From: an uncultured Gammaproteobacteria bacterium
GTDB taxonomy: Bacteria; Pseudomonadota; Gammaproteobacteria; Poriferisulfidales; GCA-002705445
Assembly: GCA_913050095.1 (NCBI GenBank)
Contig: CAJXAV010000003.1
Coordinates: 577 to 64,576, forward strand
DNA length: 64,000 nucleotides
Direction of reading: 5' to 3'
Under the pieces are notes generated by a model, which saw only the letters and a program-made list of their open reading frames with translations, was not told where the DNA came from and made no database searches. This document shows, piece by piece, positions 31,753 through 43,814 of the stretch. The translations under genes were made by a program, and so were the position numbers. Numbering within the stretch: the first letter of the stretch is position 1; every line of letters starts with the position of its first letter.

Positions 31753-32333
31753 AATTCCTCATCCTTTAATATTTTAAGTCTAGACTCTTTACTTTCTAAA
31801 ACTTGTTTACCTGGATTTTGTTTTAAAGATCTCTGCTTTACATTCAAATTAATTGCAATGGCAGCTATTATCGCTACCAATAAAATAAATGCAGTTACTT
31901 CAAAAGAAAAAATATAATTTGTAAAAAGTGATAGACCAATATCGTATGTATTACCTAGCTCTGAGATAGTTATTTCTTTTTGAATACTAGCAAAATCATG
32001 ATAAAAAATTACCATATATAGCTCGATAAACATTATTAAAGAAATAAATACTGAAAATAATAGATACATTTTTTTACTAATATTCTTTTTTACCTGTATG
32101 TCTAACAACATTATTACAAATAGAAAAAGTACCAAAACAGCACCAACATAAACCAAAACAAGAACAATTGCTAAAAATTCAGCTTGAAGCATCAACCATA
32201 AAATTGCACTATTGAAAAATATTAATACCAAAAGTAAAGCAGCATGTACTGTGTTATTTACCACTATTAAAGCTATCGATGACAATATTATTACTGATGC
32301 CACTAAATAAAAAAGTATTGATAAGATATCCAT
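31749..32333 (-). CDS. nuoJ: NADH-quinone oxidoreductase subunit J
   Basis: [27 protein letters not shown]. Confidence 0.96.
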   Translation of the reverse strand: MDILSILFYLVASVIILSSIALIVVNNTVHAALLLVLIFFNSAILWLMLQAEFLAIVLVLVYVGAVLVLFLFVIMLLDIQVKKNISKKMYLLFSVFISLIMFIELYMVIFYHDFASIQKEITISELGNTYDIGLSLFTNYIFSFEVTAFILLVAIIAAIAINLNVKQRSLKQNPGKQVLESKESRLKILKDEEL

Positions 32334-32335
32334 AA

Positions 32336-32818
32336 TTATTTTCTCTGAGATTTTATACTTTGATCAACCGAGATTTCTTCTTCAAACTTATCGCCTATTT
32401 TAAGTAAATCACTTTTCTTCAAAATATTTTGACCGCGCTCCTCGAAATGGTACTCGAATATTCTCGTTTCTACTATGGCATCGACTGGACAGGCTTCCTC
32501 ACAAAAACCGCAAAATATACACTTAAACAAATCAATATCATATTTTGTTGTTCTTCTTGTCCCATCATTTCTTTCTTCTGTATCTATTGTAATCGCTAAA
32601 GCAGGGCAAACTGCTTCACATAATTTACAGCCTATACATCTTTCCTCTCCGCCTGGATACCTTCTTAATGCATGTAGTCCTCTAAAACGAGAAGATTGCG
32701 GTGCTTTTTCATAAGGGTAGTTTAATGTTGTTTTTTTCTTAAACATATTTAAGAATGTTACTTTCATACCAAGTAGCAACTCATAAAGAAAAAAACTTTT
32801 AAAATATTTTTTTATCAT
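32336..32818 (-). CDS. nuoI: NADH-quinone oxidoreductase subunit I
   Basis: RFRGLHAL and two CxxCxxCxxxCP ferredoxin motifs. Confidence 0.98.
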   Translation of the reverse strand: MIKKYFKSFFLYELLLGMKVTFLNMFKKKTTLNYPYEKAPQSSRFRGLHALRRYPGGEERCIGCKLCEAVCPALAITIDTEERNDGTRRTTKYDIDLFKCIFCGFCEEACPVDAIVETRIFEYHFEERGQNILKKSDLLKIGDKFEEEISVDQSIKSQRK

Positions 32819-32825
32819 TGTTTTC

Positions 32826-33923
32826 CTATGTAAACCAAGGGCCTACCTTAAAGTAAATTAATATCATTTCTACAAAAATCCATATCAATGTTAAAGGTAT
32901 AAGAATTTTCCAACCCAATCTCATAATTTGATCATATCGATATCTTGGGAAAGTAGCCCTAAACCATATAAAACAAAACATAAAGAAAAATGTTTTTATA
33001 ATAAACCAGTGTAATCCGTCATTTATAAAAAATAATAATAAATTATTTATTTGATCATTAATTTGAAAACTATCTAAGTCTTCTAAATAAAAAGGTGATA
33101 GCCACCCACCGAAAAATAAAATTGCTGTTAAAGCAGAAATTAATATCATATTTGCATATTCTGCAATGAAAAATACCGCAAAGCCCATTCCAGAATATTC
33201 AACATGAAAACCTGCTACTAATTCTGACTCTCCCTCCGCAACATCAAAAGGTGCTCTATTTGTTTCTGCAACACCAGCAATAAAATAAATTATAAATAAT
33301 GGAAATAACGGTACCCATAACCAATTAAATATTGAGCCTTTCTGAGCATTTATTATATCTCCAAGATTTAAACTTCCAGAAATCATTATTACTCCCACTA
33401 AAGCAAATCCCATAGCAATTTCGTAAGCAATTATTAGTGATGCTGACCTCATAGCGCCCAGAAGCGCATACTTTGAATTAGATGCCCAGCCAGCAATAAT
33501 AATTCCATAAATACCCAATGACGTCATTGCTAAAATATATAATAAACCAGCATTTATGTTTGATAAAACCATCACACTGTCAAACGGAATTACAGCCCAC
33601 GCTGCAAAGGCTACTGTAAAAGTAATTACTGGCGCCAGTAAAAATAAAAATTTATTGGAATCTGTAGGAATAACTATTTCTTTAAAAAATAATTTAACAC
33701 CATCTGCGAATGGCTGCATTAAACCTTTTGGACCAACAACATTTGGCCCAAGCCTACCTTGCATTGAAGCAATAATTTTTCTCTCAGCATATGTATAGTA
33801 GGCTACTAAAGTCAATAACGGCACCATAATCATACCAATTAATATTAAAGTATATGGCAAACTACTTAAATCATAAAAATAAGCTGATAATGTATTAAAT
33901 ATGTTATTTATATAATTAAACAT
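32826..33923 (-). CDS. nuoH: NADH-quinone oxidoreductase subunit H
   Basis: ERK...[40 protein letters not shown]. Confidence 0.98.
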   Translation of the reverse strand: MFNYINNIFNTLSAYFYDLSSLPYTLILIGMIMVPLLTLVAYYTYAERKIIASMQGRLGPNVVGPKGLMQPFADGVKLFFKEIVIPTDSNKFLFLLAPVITFTVAFAAWAVIPFDSVMVLSNINAGLLYILAMTSLGIYGIIIAGWASNSKYALLGAMRSASLIIAYEIAMGFALVGVIMISGSLNLGDIINAQKGSIFNWLWVPLFPLFIIYFIAGVAETNRAPFDVAEGESELVAGFHVEYSGMGFAVFFIAEYANMILISALTAILFFGGWLSPFYLEDLDSFQINDQINNLLLFFINDGLHWFIIKTFFFMFCFIWFRATFPRYRYDQIMRLGWKILIPLTLIWIFVEMILIYFKVGPWFT

Positions 33924-36282
33924 TTTCTATTATAATTGGTTGATATTGTTTACCTAAATCATAATGCTCTTTATTAGAGTTAATAATATACACGCAGTCA
34001 TTAGAAACATTTTCATCAATAACAAGGTCCACAAGTAATTTATTTTTTCCTTGTTTTATAATTATTTTATTCTTAGATAAATCTATATTATTTTGTTCCA
34101 AAGTCTTCTTATTTACTCTTACTAAATTCTTATTTATGTTTACCTTATTTAAAGATGTTGCTCTTCTTACAACACTGTCAGTGAAATAACTACTATCACC
34201 GCCACATCTTATTAGAAAATCTTCTTTTTTTATTTTATCTATAGATAATTTTTTTTTGCTTTCATCTAATATTTTTTTATTATTTCTAATGATTGAATCA
34301 ATTTCGTTTAGAATATCTATATAATCTAAAGTTTCTCCAATTTCAGATCCATGAACTAACCTTAATTTTGTTAAAATCTTCCAGCCTTCTTTAGACATGT
34401 AATGCGGTGAGCAACATTGCACGAAAGATTGCCATTCGTTTTCTATGTTAATAAAAGTTCCTGGGCTCTCAAAAACTGTAGCAAGAGGAAGAATTACATC
34501 GTAATAATTCATTTCTTCTTCTGTTATATAGCTCTGAATTCCTAAGACAAATTCAGCATTTTCTAGTGAACTTTTTAGTTCCGAATTATTATAAAAATCG
34601 ATTAGCTCAAGATTATACAAGATGTATGTGTCAAGATTCTCTTTGATTGACTCAGAAACATTTAATCCAGTATTTTTAGAATCAATCATGCCTTCAAGTT
34701 TATTTGGTAAGCACCCGGTTAACCATGCTCCAGCTTCGTTACAATTTTCACTTAAGTATCCTTTATTTGATTTTGTCAGAACTGAAATTATATTAACCAA
34801 AATTTTTAATAGCTGAAATTCAGGATGATTTTTCAAATTCGAACCGAGGATAACTAAAGAGTCTTGTATTAGTAAATCATTACTAATTTCAATTATATTT
34901 TTATTTGTAAGGCCTTTAAAATTTTTCCTAATATCCTCAGGAATGTCAAAACTTTTTAAAGTCTTATCACTTATAGTAACTACAGACAAGTACTCAATAA
35001 TATCTATTAATGTCTCAACTAAGATGTTTGGATTTATTAACAAGGAATTGTTTGTATCAAAATTGTATTTATATTTATATGAACTAATTGAATTTATTTT
35101 TGCATTATTTAAAAAAGCTTTTCTAATTTTATGTGAAAGTATTGGTTGTTGATTTGTAATATCACTATCTAGCAAAAGAATTGATTTTGTATTTTCTATT
35201 TCTTTAATTGGAATATCCAGTTTTGGAAAAAAATCGTATTCCTCGTAATTAAATTTACATTGTGAAACTCTGTGGTCAATATTATTTATATTAATTTCTC
35301 TTAACCATTTTTGAAAAAGATATTGTTCCTCAACAGTTGAACTTGCGCTTATGAAGCCCGCAGACTTTCCAAATCTTGTATCTTTAATTTTTGTTTTAAT
35401 AATCTCAAAAGCTTCTTCCCATTCAACTTCTATGTGTCTTCCATTTACTTTTGCAATTGGTTTTTTTACTCTATCTGGATGGTCAATAGCTTCATATGAA
35501 AATCTATCTCTATCAGATATCCAAATCTCATTGATCTTTTCATTTTCGTGAGGCACTACTCTGAAAACACTATTATCTGATATATGGATATTCATATTTG
35601 ACCCGACACAATCATGCGATGATATAGATTTTACCTCTTCAAGCTCCCAGGTTCTTCCTTTCATATGCGATGGTGAGGCGTTCAATGCGCCTACTGGACA
35701 TATGTCTATCATATTCCCGGACATTGGTGAATTTATTGCCGATGATAAATAAGTTCTAATTTCCATGCCCTCACCTCTACCAATAGCTCCAAATTCTTTT
35801 ATTCCAGCTATTTCTTCGCCATATCTTACGCAACGAGTACAATGTATACATCTTGTCATATTTGTCTTAATTAAAGGACCAATATTGCGATCTATTACTA
35901 CTCTTTTTTCTTGTTCATATCTTGACTTTACTCTACCATGCATTAAAGCTTGATCTTGAAGTTCACACATACCACCTTGATCGCAAACTGGACAATCAAG
36001 CGGATGATTAATCAATAGAAATTCCATGGTATTTTTTTGTGAATTTTTTGCTAAGTCAGATTTTGTAAAATATTCTTGATTTTCCATAGCTGGTGTTGAG
36101 CACGCCGGTTGCGGCTTGTTTATGCCAACCTGCTCAATCAAACACATTCTACAATTAGCAGCGATTGATAATTTATCATGGTAGCAGAACCTTGGAATAT
36201 GTATTCCATTTCTATCAGCAACCTGAATTACAGTTTCTCCTTTCGCAAAGTGAAATTCTTTGTTATTTATTTTAATTTTCAT
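33916..36282 (-). CDS. nuoG: NADH-quinone oxidoreductase subunit G
   Basis: [46 protein letters not shown]. Confidence 0.97.
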   Translation of the reverse strand: MKIKINNKEFHFAKGETVIQVADRNGIHIPRFCYHDKLSIAANCRMCLIEQVGINKPQPACSTPAMENQEYFTKSDLAKNSQKNTMEFLLINHPLDCPVCDQGGMCELQDQALMHGRVKSRYEQEKRVVIDRNIGPLIKTNMTRCIHCTRCVRYGEEIAGIKEFGAIGRGEGMEIRTYLSSAINSPMSGNMIDICPVGALNASPSHMKGRTWELEEVKSISSHDCVGSNMNIHISDNSVFRVVPHENEKINEIWISDRDRFSYEAIDHPDRVKKPIAKVNGRHIEVEWEEAFEIIKTKIKDTRFGKSAGFISASSTVEEQYLFQKWLREININNIDHRVSQCKFNYEEYDFFPKLDIPIKEIENTKSILLLDSDITNQQPILSHKIRKAFLNNAKINSISSYKYKYNFDTNNSLLINPNILVETLIDIIEYLSVVTISDKTLKSFDIPEDIRKNFKGLTNKNIIEISNDLLIQDSLVILGSNLKNHPEFQLLKILVNIISVLTKSNKGYLSENCNEAGAWLTGCLPNKLEGMIDSKNTGLNVSESIKENLDTYILYNLELIDFYNNSELKSSLENAEFVLGIQSYITEEEMNYYDVILPLATVFESPGTFINIENEWQSFVQCCSPHYMSKEGWKILTKLRLVHGSEIGETLDYIDILNEIDSIIRNNKKILDESKKKLSIDKIKKEDFLIRCGGDSSYFTDSVVRRATSLNKVNINKNLVRVNKKTLEQNNIDLSKNKIIIKQGKNKLLVDLVIDENVSNDCVYIINSNKEHYDLGKQYQPIIIENV

Positions 36283-37619
36283 TTTTTATGTAAAACAAAT
36301 TCTTTATTATTATATAAATTAGATTTTGCGTTTGAATTCTCTACTTTATTTTCTTTTTTTATATAGCTTAAAAACTCATGCCTATAATGATTAATAAAAC
36401 TTTCAACAGGCATTGCTGCTGCGTCTCCTAAAGCACATATTGTGCTTCCTGATATCATTTTTGGAATAGATTCAAGAGTTTTAATATCATCCAAGGTACC
36501 ATGACCTTTAATAATTTTATCGATTACTTTATACATCCACCCTGTTCCTTCTCTGCAAGGCGTGCATTGCCCGCATGACTCTGAATAATAAAATCTTGCT
36601 ATTCGATGAATGACTTCAACCATATTTGTTGTTTCATCCATAACAATTACTGCTCCCGAGCCTAGTAGCGAACCTGCATTGGCAATAGATTCATAATCCA
36701 TATTTGTTTTCATCATAATATCGCCAGGTAAAACAGGAACAGATGATCCGCCGGGAATTACAGCTTTAAGATTTTTACCGTTCTTCATTCCTCCAGCTAA
36801 ATCAAGAAGAGTTTCAAATGAAGTTCCTAGGGGGATTTCATAGTTACCAGGTTTATTAACATGTCCAGACACTGAAAAACATTTAAATCCTGGGCTAGCT
36901 TCAGTACCTACAGACTTAAACCAGTTTGATCCGTTGTCTAATATTTTTGGTACAGATGCCAATGTTTCAACATTGTTAATTATTGTTGGGCAGCCAAACA
37001 GTCCTTTTAGAGCTGGAAATGGTGGCTTATATCTTGGGAACCCTTTTTTTCCTTCAATTGATTCTAACATCGCCGTTTCTTCACCAACTATATAAGCACC
37101 GGCTCCAATTAAATCATGAATATCGATATTTATATCTGACTTTAAAATATTTTTCCCAACAAGTTTATTATCATATGCATCTTTTAGTGCATTTTTAAAA
37201 CTTGTATAAACATCATCGATAAATTCACCTCTTAGATAGCAATATGCGGTCTCGGCTCCTATTGCGTAACTTGCTATAAGCATTCCTTCTATTAAAGCAT
37301 GTGGATTATATCTAAGAATATCTCTATCCTTACACGTGCCAGGCTCTGATTCATCTGCATTACATACAAGATATTTAGTGTCGGTTGAATCTTGATTAAT
37401 AAAGCTCCATTTCCTACCTGTTGAAAATCCTGCGCCTCCTCTTCCTCTTAGACCTGAATCTATTACAGTATCAATTATCTCTTGTTTACTTAATTTATTT
37501 AAAAGGATATTTTTCCATGTCTCATATCCTCCTAATTTAATATAAGTATCATATGTATTTGGATTGTTACTTGATAATGTTGAATAACACAATTCATTAA
37601 GTCTTAAGTTATCAGTCAT
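36279..37619 (-). CDS. nuoF: NADH-quinone oxidoreductase subunit F
   Basis: GLRGRGGAGF, NADESEPG, GAGAYIVGEET, ESCGQCTPCREG; ATG 37619 overlapping the nuoE end preferred. Confidence 0.98.
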   Translation of the reverse strand: MTDNLRLNELCYSTLSSNNPNTYDTYIKLGGYETWKNILLNKLSKQEIIDTVIDSGLRGRGGAGFSTGRKWSFINQDSTDTKYLVCNADESEPGTCKDRDILRYNPHALIEGMLIASYAIGAETAYCYLRGEFIDDVYTSFKNALKDAYDNKLVGKNILKSDINIDIHDLIGAGAYIVGEETAMLESIEGKKGFPRYKPPFPALKGLFGCPTIINNVETLASVPKILDNGSNWFKSVGTEASPGFKCFSVSGHVNKPGNYEIPLGTSFETLLDLAGGMKNGKNLKAVIPGGSSVPVLPGDIMMKTNMDYESIANAGSLLGSGAVIVMDETTNMVEVIHRIARFYYSESCGQCTPCREGTGWMYKVIDKIIKGHGTLDDIKTLESIPKMISGSTICALGDAAAMPVESFINHYRHEFLSYIKKENKVENSNAKSNLYNNKEFVLHKK

Positions 37620-38106
37620 TTTCAATATCCTCGATTATTTTATCTATTTTTTCTTTGTTAAGATTTTCATAATATTTATGATCTACTTGCATCATAGGGG
37701 CACCACCACATGCAGCCAAACACTCTCTTTCATCTTTCAAAAAAAACATATCTGTCGATTCGCCTACTTTTATTTTAAGTTTTTTTTCAAGGTGGTTAAG
37801 AATTTCGTCAGAACCATTTAACATACAAGATACGTTGGTACATACTGATATTGTATGTTTTCCAATTTTTTCCGTTTCGAACATTGAGTAAAAAGATGCA
37901 ACCTCGTGAACATCCATTTTATTTAAACTTAAATATTCAGCAATAGCTTCGACATGCTCGGGTTTAATATATTTATTTTCCTTTTGAATTAAATGTAACG
38001 AATATATTATCGCAGGCTTTTTCTTCCCATCTGGAAATTTTTGTAACCATTTATTTATTTTTGTAATTATTTCACTAGAAATATTATAGTTATTATTTTC
38101 ATACAT
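37612..38106 (-). CDS. nuoE: NADH-quinone oxidoreductase subunit E
   Basis: EVASFYSMF, CTNVSC, ECLAACGGAP. Confidence 0.97.
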   Translation of the reverse strand: MYENNNYNISSEIITKINKWLQKFPDGKKKPAIIYSLHLIQKENKYIKPEHVEAIAEYLSLNKMDVHEVASFYSMFETEKIGKHTISVCTNVSCMLNGSDEILNHLEKKLKIKVGESTDMFFLKDERECLAACGGAPMMQVDHKYYENLNKEKIDKIIEDIEND

Positions 38107-38111
38107 AATTT

Positions 38112-39368
38112 TTACCTATCTATTTCTCCAAAAACAATATCTTGAGTTCCAATAATAGCAACAACATCAGATATCATATGACCATTTACCATCTCATTTA
38201 GTGCTGCTAAATGAGGAAAACCAGGGGCGCGCATTTTTAGTCTGTAAGGCTTATTTGATCCATCAGAAATCAAAGTAACTCCAAACTCTCCTTTGGGATG
38301 TTCCACAGCACAATATACTTCTCCCTTTGGTATACAATATCCTTCGGTAAATAGTTTAAAATGATAAATAAGTGACTCCATATCTTCTTTGACTTCATCT
38401 CTAGTCGGTGGAGTTATTTTATTATTATCTGAAATGTATTCACCATTATTATTTTTCAACCAATCAACGCATTGTTTTATAATTTTATTTGATTGCCTCA
38501 TCTCTTCAATTCTCACAAGATATCTATCATAGCAATCACCATTTGTTCCAACAGGAATATCAAAATCAAGTTGGCTATAAATTTCATAAGGTTGTTTTTT
38601 TCGAAGATCCCATGGAACTCCAGAACCTCTTAACATTGGTCCAGTAAATCCTAATTGCAATGCTCTTTCTTTAGATACTACCCCAATATCAACAGTTCTT
38701 TGCTTCCAAATTCTATTATCAGTTAATAATGTTTCGTACTCATCTACACATTTTGGGAATCTATTTGTGAAATCTTCTATAAAATCTAATAACGTACCCT
38801 CTCTAGACTCGTTAAGTTTCATCACTTCTTTTTTTGACTTCCACTTTGTTTCTTCATATTTAGGCATAGTTGTTGGCAAATCTCTTGAAACACCACCCGG
38901 CCTGTAGTAAGTTGCATGCATTCTAGTTCCTGACACTGCTTCATAACAATCCATTAGATCCTCTCTTTCTCTAAATGCATACAAAAATACACTCATAGCT
39001 CCAATATCTAGCGCATGAGCTCCTAACCAAAGAAGATGATTAAGTATTCTTGTTATTTCATCAAACATTACTCTTATATATTTGGCTCTATCAGGCACGT
39101 CTATTTCTAAAAGTTTTTCAATTGCTAGGACATATGCATGTTCATTGCTCATCATAGATACATAATCCAATCTATCCATATAACCGATACTCTGATTATA
39201 TGGCTTACTTTCCGCGAGTTTTTCTGTTCCTCTATGAAGCAAACCGATATGAGGATCAGCTCGAACAATTACCTCTCCCTCCAATTCTAAAATCAGTCTA
39301 AGAACACCATGAGCTGATGGGTGCTGCGGTCCAAAGTTCATAGTAAAACTTTTAATTTCAGGCATCAT
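38112..39368 (-). CDS. nuoD: NADH-quinone oxidoreductase subunit D
   Basis: [31 protein letters not shown]. Confidence 0.99.
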   Translation of the reverse strand: MMPEIKSFTMNFGPQHPSAHGVLRLILELEGEVIVRADPHIGLLHRGTEKLAESKPYNQSIGYMDRLDYVSMMSNEHAYVLAIEKLLEIDVPDRAKYIRVMFDEITRILNHLLWLGAHALDIGAMSVFLYAFREREDLMDCYEAVSGTRMHATYYRPGGVSRDLPTTMPKYEETKWKSKKEVMKLNESREGTLLDFIEDFTNRFPKCVDEYETLLTDNRIWKQRTVDIGVVSKERALQLGFTGPMLRGSGVPWDLRKKQPYEIYSQLDFDIPVGTNGDCYDRYLVRIEEMRQSNKIIKQCVDWLKNNNGEYISDNNKITPPTRDEVKEDMESLIYHFKLFTEGYCIPKGEVYCAVEHPKGEFGVTLISDGSNKPYRLKMRAPGFPHLAALNEMVNGHMISDVVAIIGTQDIVFGEIDR

Positions 39369-40083
39369 CTTCTCCTTTGTTATCAGGCCTTATTACTTTT
39401 GGAATCAACACTCGAGGCTCTATTGTTACAGGCTGATAAATAACTCTTTCTTTATCTAAATCATAATTGACTTCCACATTGCCTATTAATGGAAAATCTT
39501 TTCTTAAAGGGTGACCTATAAAACCATAGTCAGTTAATATTCTTCGTAAATCAGGATGATTTGTAAATACAATGCCAAATAAATCGTACGCTTCCCTTTC
39601 GTACCAATCAGCTGAAGACCAAATTGATGTAACTGTTGGTAATGATGGATTTTCATCGTCATTACAATAAATTTTTACATTAAGTCTTGCGTTAGAACTA
39701 ATCGACAATAAATTATAAATTACTGCAAACCTTTTTTTTGGTTGGTTAAAGTGTTTTTTAGCAGTATCGTAGGTGTATCTACCGCTACTATCTTTTTTTA
39801 TTCCTCTGCTGTAGCCTTTATTATTTGCATTCTTTGCATTCCACTCGCTTAAACCAAAATCAGAATAATCAATTCCTATAATATCTATAAGAATTTCAAA
39901 ACTTATTTGATCGTTTTTACTTAATTTTTTTAGAACATCTATTAAATGGTCTGCATCAAAAACTACAGTATTTGAATTTTCAAACTTATAATTTAAATTA
40001 TCAAAATTTTTATCAAAAAAACAATTTAAATCTATATTTTTTTCGGAAGGTGAATTATTTGAAGAAATATTTTGGTTATTCAT
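39358..40083 (-). CDS. nuoC: NADH-quinone oxidoreductase subunit C (not fused to D)
   Basis: [35 protein letters not shown]. Confidence 0.97.
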   Translation of the reverse strand: MNNQNISSNNSPSEKNIDLNCFFDKNFDNLNYKFENSNTVVFDADHLIDVLKKLSKNDQISFEILIDIIGIDYSDFGLSEWNAKNANNKGYSRGIKKDSSGRYTYDTAKKHFNQPKKRFAVIYNLLSISSNARLNVKIYCNDDENPSLPTVTSIWSSADWYEREAYDLFGIVFTNHPDLRRILTDYGFIGHPLRKDFPLIGNVEVNYDLDKERVIYQPVTIEPRVLIPKVIRPDNKGEDDA

Positions 40084-40106
40084 AATTTTAAACCTATTAA
40101 TTTTAT

Positions 40107-40592
40107 CTATCTCTTTATAGCTTTTTTATTATGAATTTTATTTTTTAGCTGCAGGATTCCATACAAAAGAGCTTCTGCAGTTGGTGGGCAGCCTGGGACG
40201 TAAATATCTACAGGGATTATTCGATCACAACCTCTAACCACTGAGTAGGAGTAATGATAATAACCGCCGCCGTTTGCACATGAACCCATTGAAATTACCC
40301 ATTTAGGATCAGCCATTTGATCATAAACTTTTCTTAACGCTGGTGCCATTTTATTAACTAGTGTTCCCGCCACAATAATTACGTCAGATTGCCTTGGACT
40401 TGGTCTAAACATCATTCCAAATCTATCAAGGTCATATCTTGAAGCTCCAGCATGCATCATTTCAACAGCACAACATGCTAACCCAAAAGTCATTGGCCAC
40501 ATTGATCCTGTATTAGCCCAATTTATTAAATCTTTTGATGAAGTTGTTACATATCCATTACTATTATTATTTAACGATTCGATAATATCCAT
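40107..40592 (-). CDS. nuoB: NADH-quinone oxidoreductase subunit B
   Basis: [25 protein letters not shown]. Confidence 0.99.
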   Translation of the reverse strand: MDIIESLNNNSNGYVTTSSKDLINWANTGSMWPMTFGLACCAVEMMHAGASRYDLDRFGMMFRPSPRQSDVIIVAGTLVNKMAPALRKVYDQMADPKWVISMGSCANGGGYYHYSYSVVRGCDRIIPVDIYVPGCPPTAEALLYGILQLKNKIHNKKAIKR

Positions 40593-40596
40593 AATA

Positions 40597-40953
40597 TTAA
40601 TCCCAATCTAGGGCTCCTTTTTTCCACTCATAAATAAAACCTATTATTAAAATAAACAAAAAAATACTCATAGCAATTAAACCATTAACACCTAAATTCT
40701 CTAAAGAAACAGCCCATGGAAACAAGAAAGCAATTTCTAAATCGAAAATTATAAAAAGAATTGCTACAAGATAAAATCTGATATCAAACTTCATCCTTGC
40801 ATCGTTAAAATTTTCAAATCCACATTCATAAGCAGAGTTCTTTGCTTTACTATTTTCACCTTTATTAAGAAATCTTGAGGCAACAATTGGCATGGCGCCA
40901 ATCAGAATACTAACTATAATAAATAAGAAAATTGGAAAGTAATTATTTAACAT
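40597..40953 (-). CDS. nuoA: NADH-quinone oxidoreductase subunit A
   Basis: [29 protein letters not shown]. Confidence 0.98.
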   Translation of the reverse strand: MLNNYFPIFLFIIVSILIGAMPIVASRFLNKGENSKAKNSAYECGFENFNDARMKFDIRFYLVAILFIIFDLEIAFLFPWAVSLENLGVNGLIAMSIFLFILIIGFIYEWKKGALDWD

Positions 40954-41044
40954 AATATATTTAAACTATTTTTTGTAAAAAAAAAGATTTATTTGAAAAT
41001 AGATTGCAAAAACATAAATTTGAGTTATTTAACATAATATATTT
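40943..41044. repeat. 20-bp direct repeat (TTATTTAACATAATATATTT) at 40943-40962 and 41025-41044, the first copy spanning the nuoA start codon
   Basis: Exact 20-nt match read from the sequence; a 12-nt inverted copy (TATGTTAAATAA) lies at 41142-41153. Confidence 0.75.
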
Positions 41045-41181
41045 TAATAAATATTAAAAAGAAATTACAACATATAAATAAAATAATACAACATGTATTT
41101 GTGAAATTAATTTTATGAGGGCATATACACAACCTATATCATATGTTAAATAAGATTTAATAATCAATGGTTTAGAAAATT

Positions 41182-41266
41182 TGGTGCCGATGGCCGGAGT
41201 CGAACCGGCACAGCTAAAGCTACTGCCCCCTCAAGACAGCGTGTCTACCAATTCCACCACATCGGC
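41182..41266 (-). tRNA. tRNA-Leu (GAG)
   Basis: GCCGATGTGGTGGAATTGGTAGACACGCTGTCTTGAGGGGGCAGTAGCTTTAGCTGTGCCGGTTCGACTCCGGCCATCGGCACCA; long variable arm; conserved position after secG. Confidence 0.97.
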
Positions 41267-41272
41267 AAGTAA

Positions 41273-41623
41273 TTAATCTGGAATTTCTATATCAGATATA
41301 TTTTTTTTATTATCAATAGACTTTGTTGATGTGTTAGCGTCGTCACCAACTTTAGAGGTTTCGCTGTTTATAATTAAACTTTCTTGGGTAACATTACTTT
41401 TAGCTAAGTAAGCAAGGCCTAAGCAGTTTAAAAAAAACAAAAAAACTAAGAAAGTAGTTAATTTTGTAATAAAGTTTCCTGCTCCAGAAGCCCCAAATAC
41501 CGCACCAGATGAGCCTCCCCCAAACATTCCACTTGCGTCACCTTTACCTTGTTGCATCAAGATAAAAAATATTATCAAAATTGATAAAATTACTGCAGTG
41601 ACTAATAAAATTGTATATATCAT
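41273..41623 (-). CDS. secG: Preprotein translocase subunit SecG
   Basis: ILMQQGKG...FGGGSSGAVFGASGAGNFITKLT; tpiA-secG order. Confidence 0.96.
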   Translation of the reverse strand: MIYTILLVTAVILSILIIFFILMQQGKGDASGMFGGGSSGAVFGASGAGNFITKLTTFLVFLFFLNCLGLAYLAKSNVTQESLIINSETSKVGDDANTSTKSIDNKKNISDIEIPD

Positions 41624-41632
41624 ATATGTTCC

Positions 41633-42382
41633 TTATAGTTTTTCATTGCAAATTTTTGTAAATTCTTCAACATTTAATGAAGCTCCACCAATAAGAACTC
41701 CATCAACACTTTTTGCGCTAAATATTTCTTTTATATTCTTAGTGCTTACACTTCCACCATACAAAACTATTATATCTTTTTCTTGAGCAGAAGAAAGTTT
41801 TTGTGCGAGCTTGCTTTTGATGTACGAATGTATAAATTCAATTATATTTATATCAGGTATTGTACCCGTGCCAATTGCCCAAACAGGTTCATAAGCAATA
41901 ATAATCTTACAATTTTCAAATAATATTTTGTTATCAAGTATATTTTGAAGCTGATTATCAATAACAGATTGGGTTTTACTATTTTCTTTTTGAGAATAAT
42001 TTTCTCCAATACAAAAAATAGGAGTCATATTATTATTAATAACACTTTCAAGAATTTTAGAAAGATTATCTTCGTTATTAAGCGATCTCCATTCTGAGTG
42101 ACCTACTAAAACAAAGTTGCATCCAATATCGTTAAGCATAGCGGCTGAGACACAACTGGTTTGAGCAACTTCATTATTATGATGGCAATGTTGTGCACCT
42201 AGCTCAAAGGATTTATTAATTTTTTTATAAGAGTTTACTTCAGCAAGATGTGGATACGAAGGAAATATAATAATATTGTTTCTTGATGTATTTTTTATAT
42301 TTTTTTCAAAATAATTAAAATATTTTTTAATAAAATCTTTACTACCAGACATTTTCCAATTTGCTGCAATAATTTTTTTCAT
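41633..42382 (-). CDS. tpiA: Triose-phosphate isomerase
   Basis: AANWKM, VGHSE, IAYEPVWAIGTG, LYGGSV, LIGGASL. Confidence 0.97.
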   Translation of the reverse strand: MKKIIAANWKMSGSKDFIKKYFNYFEKNIKNTSRNNIIIFPSYPHLAEVNSYKKINKSFELGAQHCHHNNEVAQTSCVSAAMLNDIGCNFVLVGHSEWRSLNNEDNLSKILESVINNNMTPIFCIGENYSQKENSKTQSVIDNQLQNILDNKILFENCKIIIAYEPVWAIGTGTIPDINIIEFIHSYIKSKLAQKLSSAQEKDIIVLYGGSVSTKNIKEIFSAKSVDGVLIGGASLNVEEFTKICNEKL

Positions 42383-43803
42383 AATAGACTTTTTAACTTA
42401 CGTGCAATAAAAATTTCAATTTCTTTTGAGATGTTATCAACAAATATTTTATCTTTCGCCTCAACCATAATTCTAATACAATTTTCTGTTCCTGATTTAC
42501 GAATTATCAACCTTAATTTACTGCTTTCATATTTATCATGTGCTTCTTTAATAGCTATATTAATTATGTTATTCGATACATTTTTTTCCACAAACAAATT
42601 TGTTATTTTTTGAGGATATTTATCAAGGTAATTTTTTATATTTTTTTGATTAAGAATATCAGAATAGTATAAAAATTGTAAGGCAGCCACTATTGAATCT
42701 CCAGTAGATGAATATTTAAGCATTAGAATATGTCCCGAAGTTTCGCCACCAGTAATAAATTTATTTTCAATCATTTTATCAAAAACATTCTTATCTCCAA
42801 CACTTGATCTTAAAAATTTTATATCTTCAGATTTCAAGAAGTTTTCAAGTGCTTGATTAGTCATTATTGTGCCTACAACTCCTTTAATTTTTTCATCTAA
42901 TATTATCTTTCCTTTTATAATTGTATAGATTATATCATCCCCATCTAATATTTGGCCTTTAGAATTTACTATTACCAAACGGTCACCGTCGCCATCCATA
43001 GAGATACCATAATCAGAATTATTATTTTTTACTATATCAGGAATATTTTTTAAGTACGTAGATCCACATTTGTCATTAATATTTTTACCATTTGGTTTAT
43101 TATTAATAATATTTATCTTAAAACCTGCCTGATGAAAAACTTTTTCTGCGATTTCATAATTAGCACCATTAGCCAAATCTAAAGTTAAATTATATTTTTT
43201 TGTTATTTTATTTAAAGTACTTAAACAGAAATCTATGTATTGTTGCTGTAAATCAATAGTTTTAAATCTTTTATCTAATTCATCTTTATCTTTATCTTTA
43301 TCTTTATCTTTAAAAAAATTATCATCATATTTCCAAGCGATAGTTTTATTTTTAAAAATTTCTATATAGTCTTCGATATGACTTTCTTCATCTTTTGATA
43401 TTTTTATTCCTTGATTATCAAATATCTTAATGCCATTGTCTTTATATAGGTTATGTGAAGCACTTACCATAATGCCAAGATCATATTCAGAGACAAAAAT
43501 TTTTTTATTATTTTTAAATATACACGAACCTTTTTTAGCATATAAAGAAATTGCAGGGGTTGGTACTATTCCTGCAGAGTGAATTTCACAATCAGATTCA
43601 AGTAAACCTATTGAAATTGCTTCAATTATTTTTTTAGATGACTCGCGAGTATCCTGACCAAAAATGATTTTTTTTTTATGATTTTCTGACTTAAAAAGAG
43701 ATTTACCTATAGCCAAGCCAAGTATCTTGAAAAATTCGTAGGTTAAAGGCTCTACTCCATATTCGCCACGTATGCCATCTGTGCCAAAATACTTCCTAGG
43801 CAT
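42379..43803 (-). CDS. glmM: Phosphoglucosamine mutase
   Basis: KYFGTDGIRG, SASHN, DGDGDR, GGETSGH, RKSGTE; ftsH-glmM-tpiA order. Confidence 0.93.
   Translation of the reverse strand: MPRKYFGTDGIRGEYGVEPLTYEFFKILGLAIGKSLFKSENHKKKIIFGQDTRESSKKIIEAISIGLLESDCEIHSAGIVPTPAISLYAKKGSCIFKNNKKIFVSEYDLGIMVSASHNLYKDNGIKIFDNQGIKISKDEESHIEDYIEIFKNKTIAWKYDDNFFKDKDKDKDKDELDKRFKTIDLQQQYIDFCLSTLNKITKKYNLTLDLANGANYEIAEKVFHQAGFKINIINNKPNGKNINDKCGSTYLKNIPDIVKNNNSDYGISMDGDGDRLVIVNSKGQILDGDDIIYTIIKGKIILDEKIKGVVGTIMTNQALENFLKSEDIKFLRSSVGDKNVFDKMIENKFITGGETSGHILMLKYSSTGDSIVAALQFLYYSDILNQKNIKNYLDKYPQKITNLFVEKNVSNNIINIAIKEAHDKYESSKLRLIIRKSGTENCIRIMVEAKDKIFVDNISKEIEIFIARKLKSLL
43282..43311. repeat. Perfect hexanucleotide tandem repeat (ATCTTT)x5 within glmM, encoding (Lys-Asp)x5
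   Basis: Sequence c-atcttt-atcttt-atcttt-atcttt-atcttt-a; protein FFKDKDKDKDKDEL. Confidence 0.95.
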
Positions 43804-43814
43804 TTTTGATTCTG

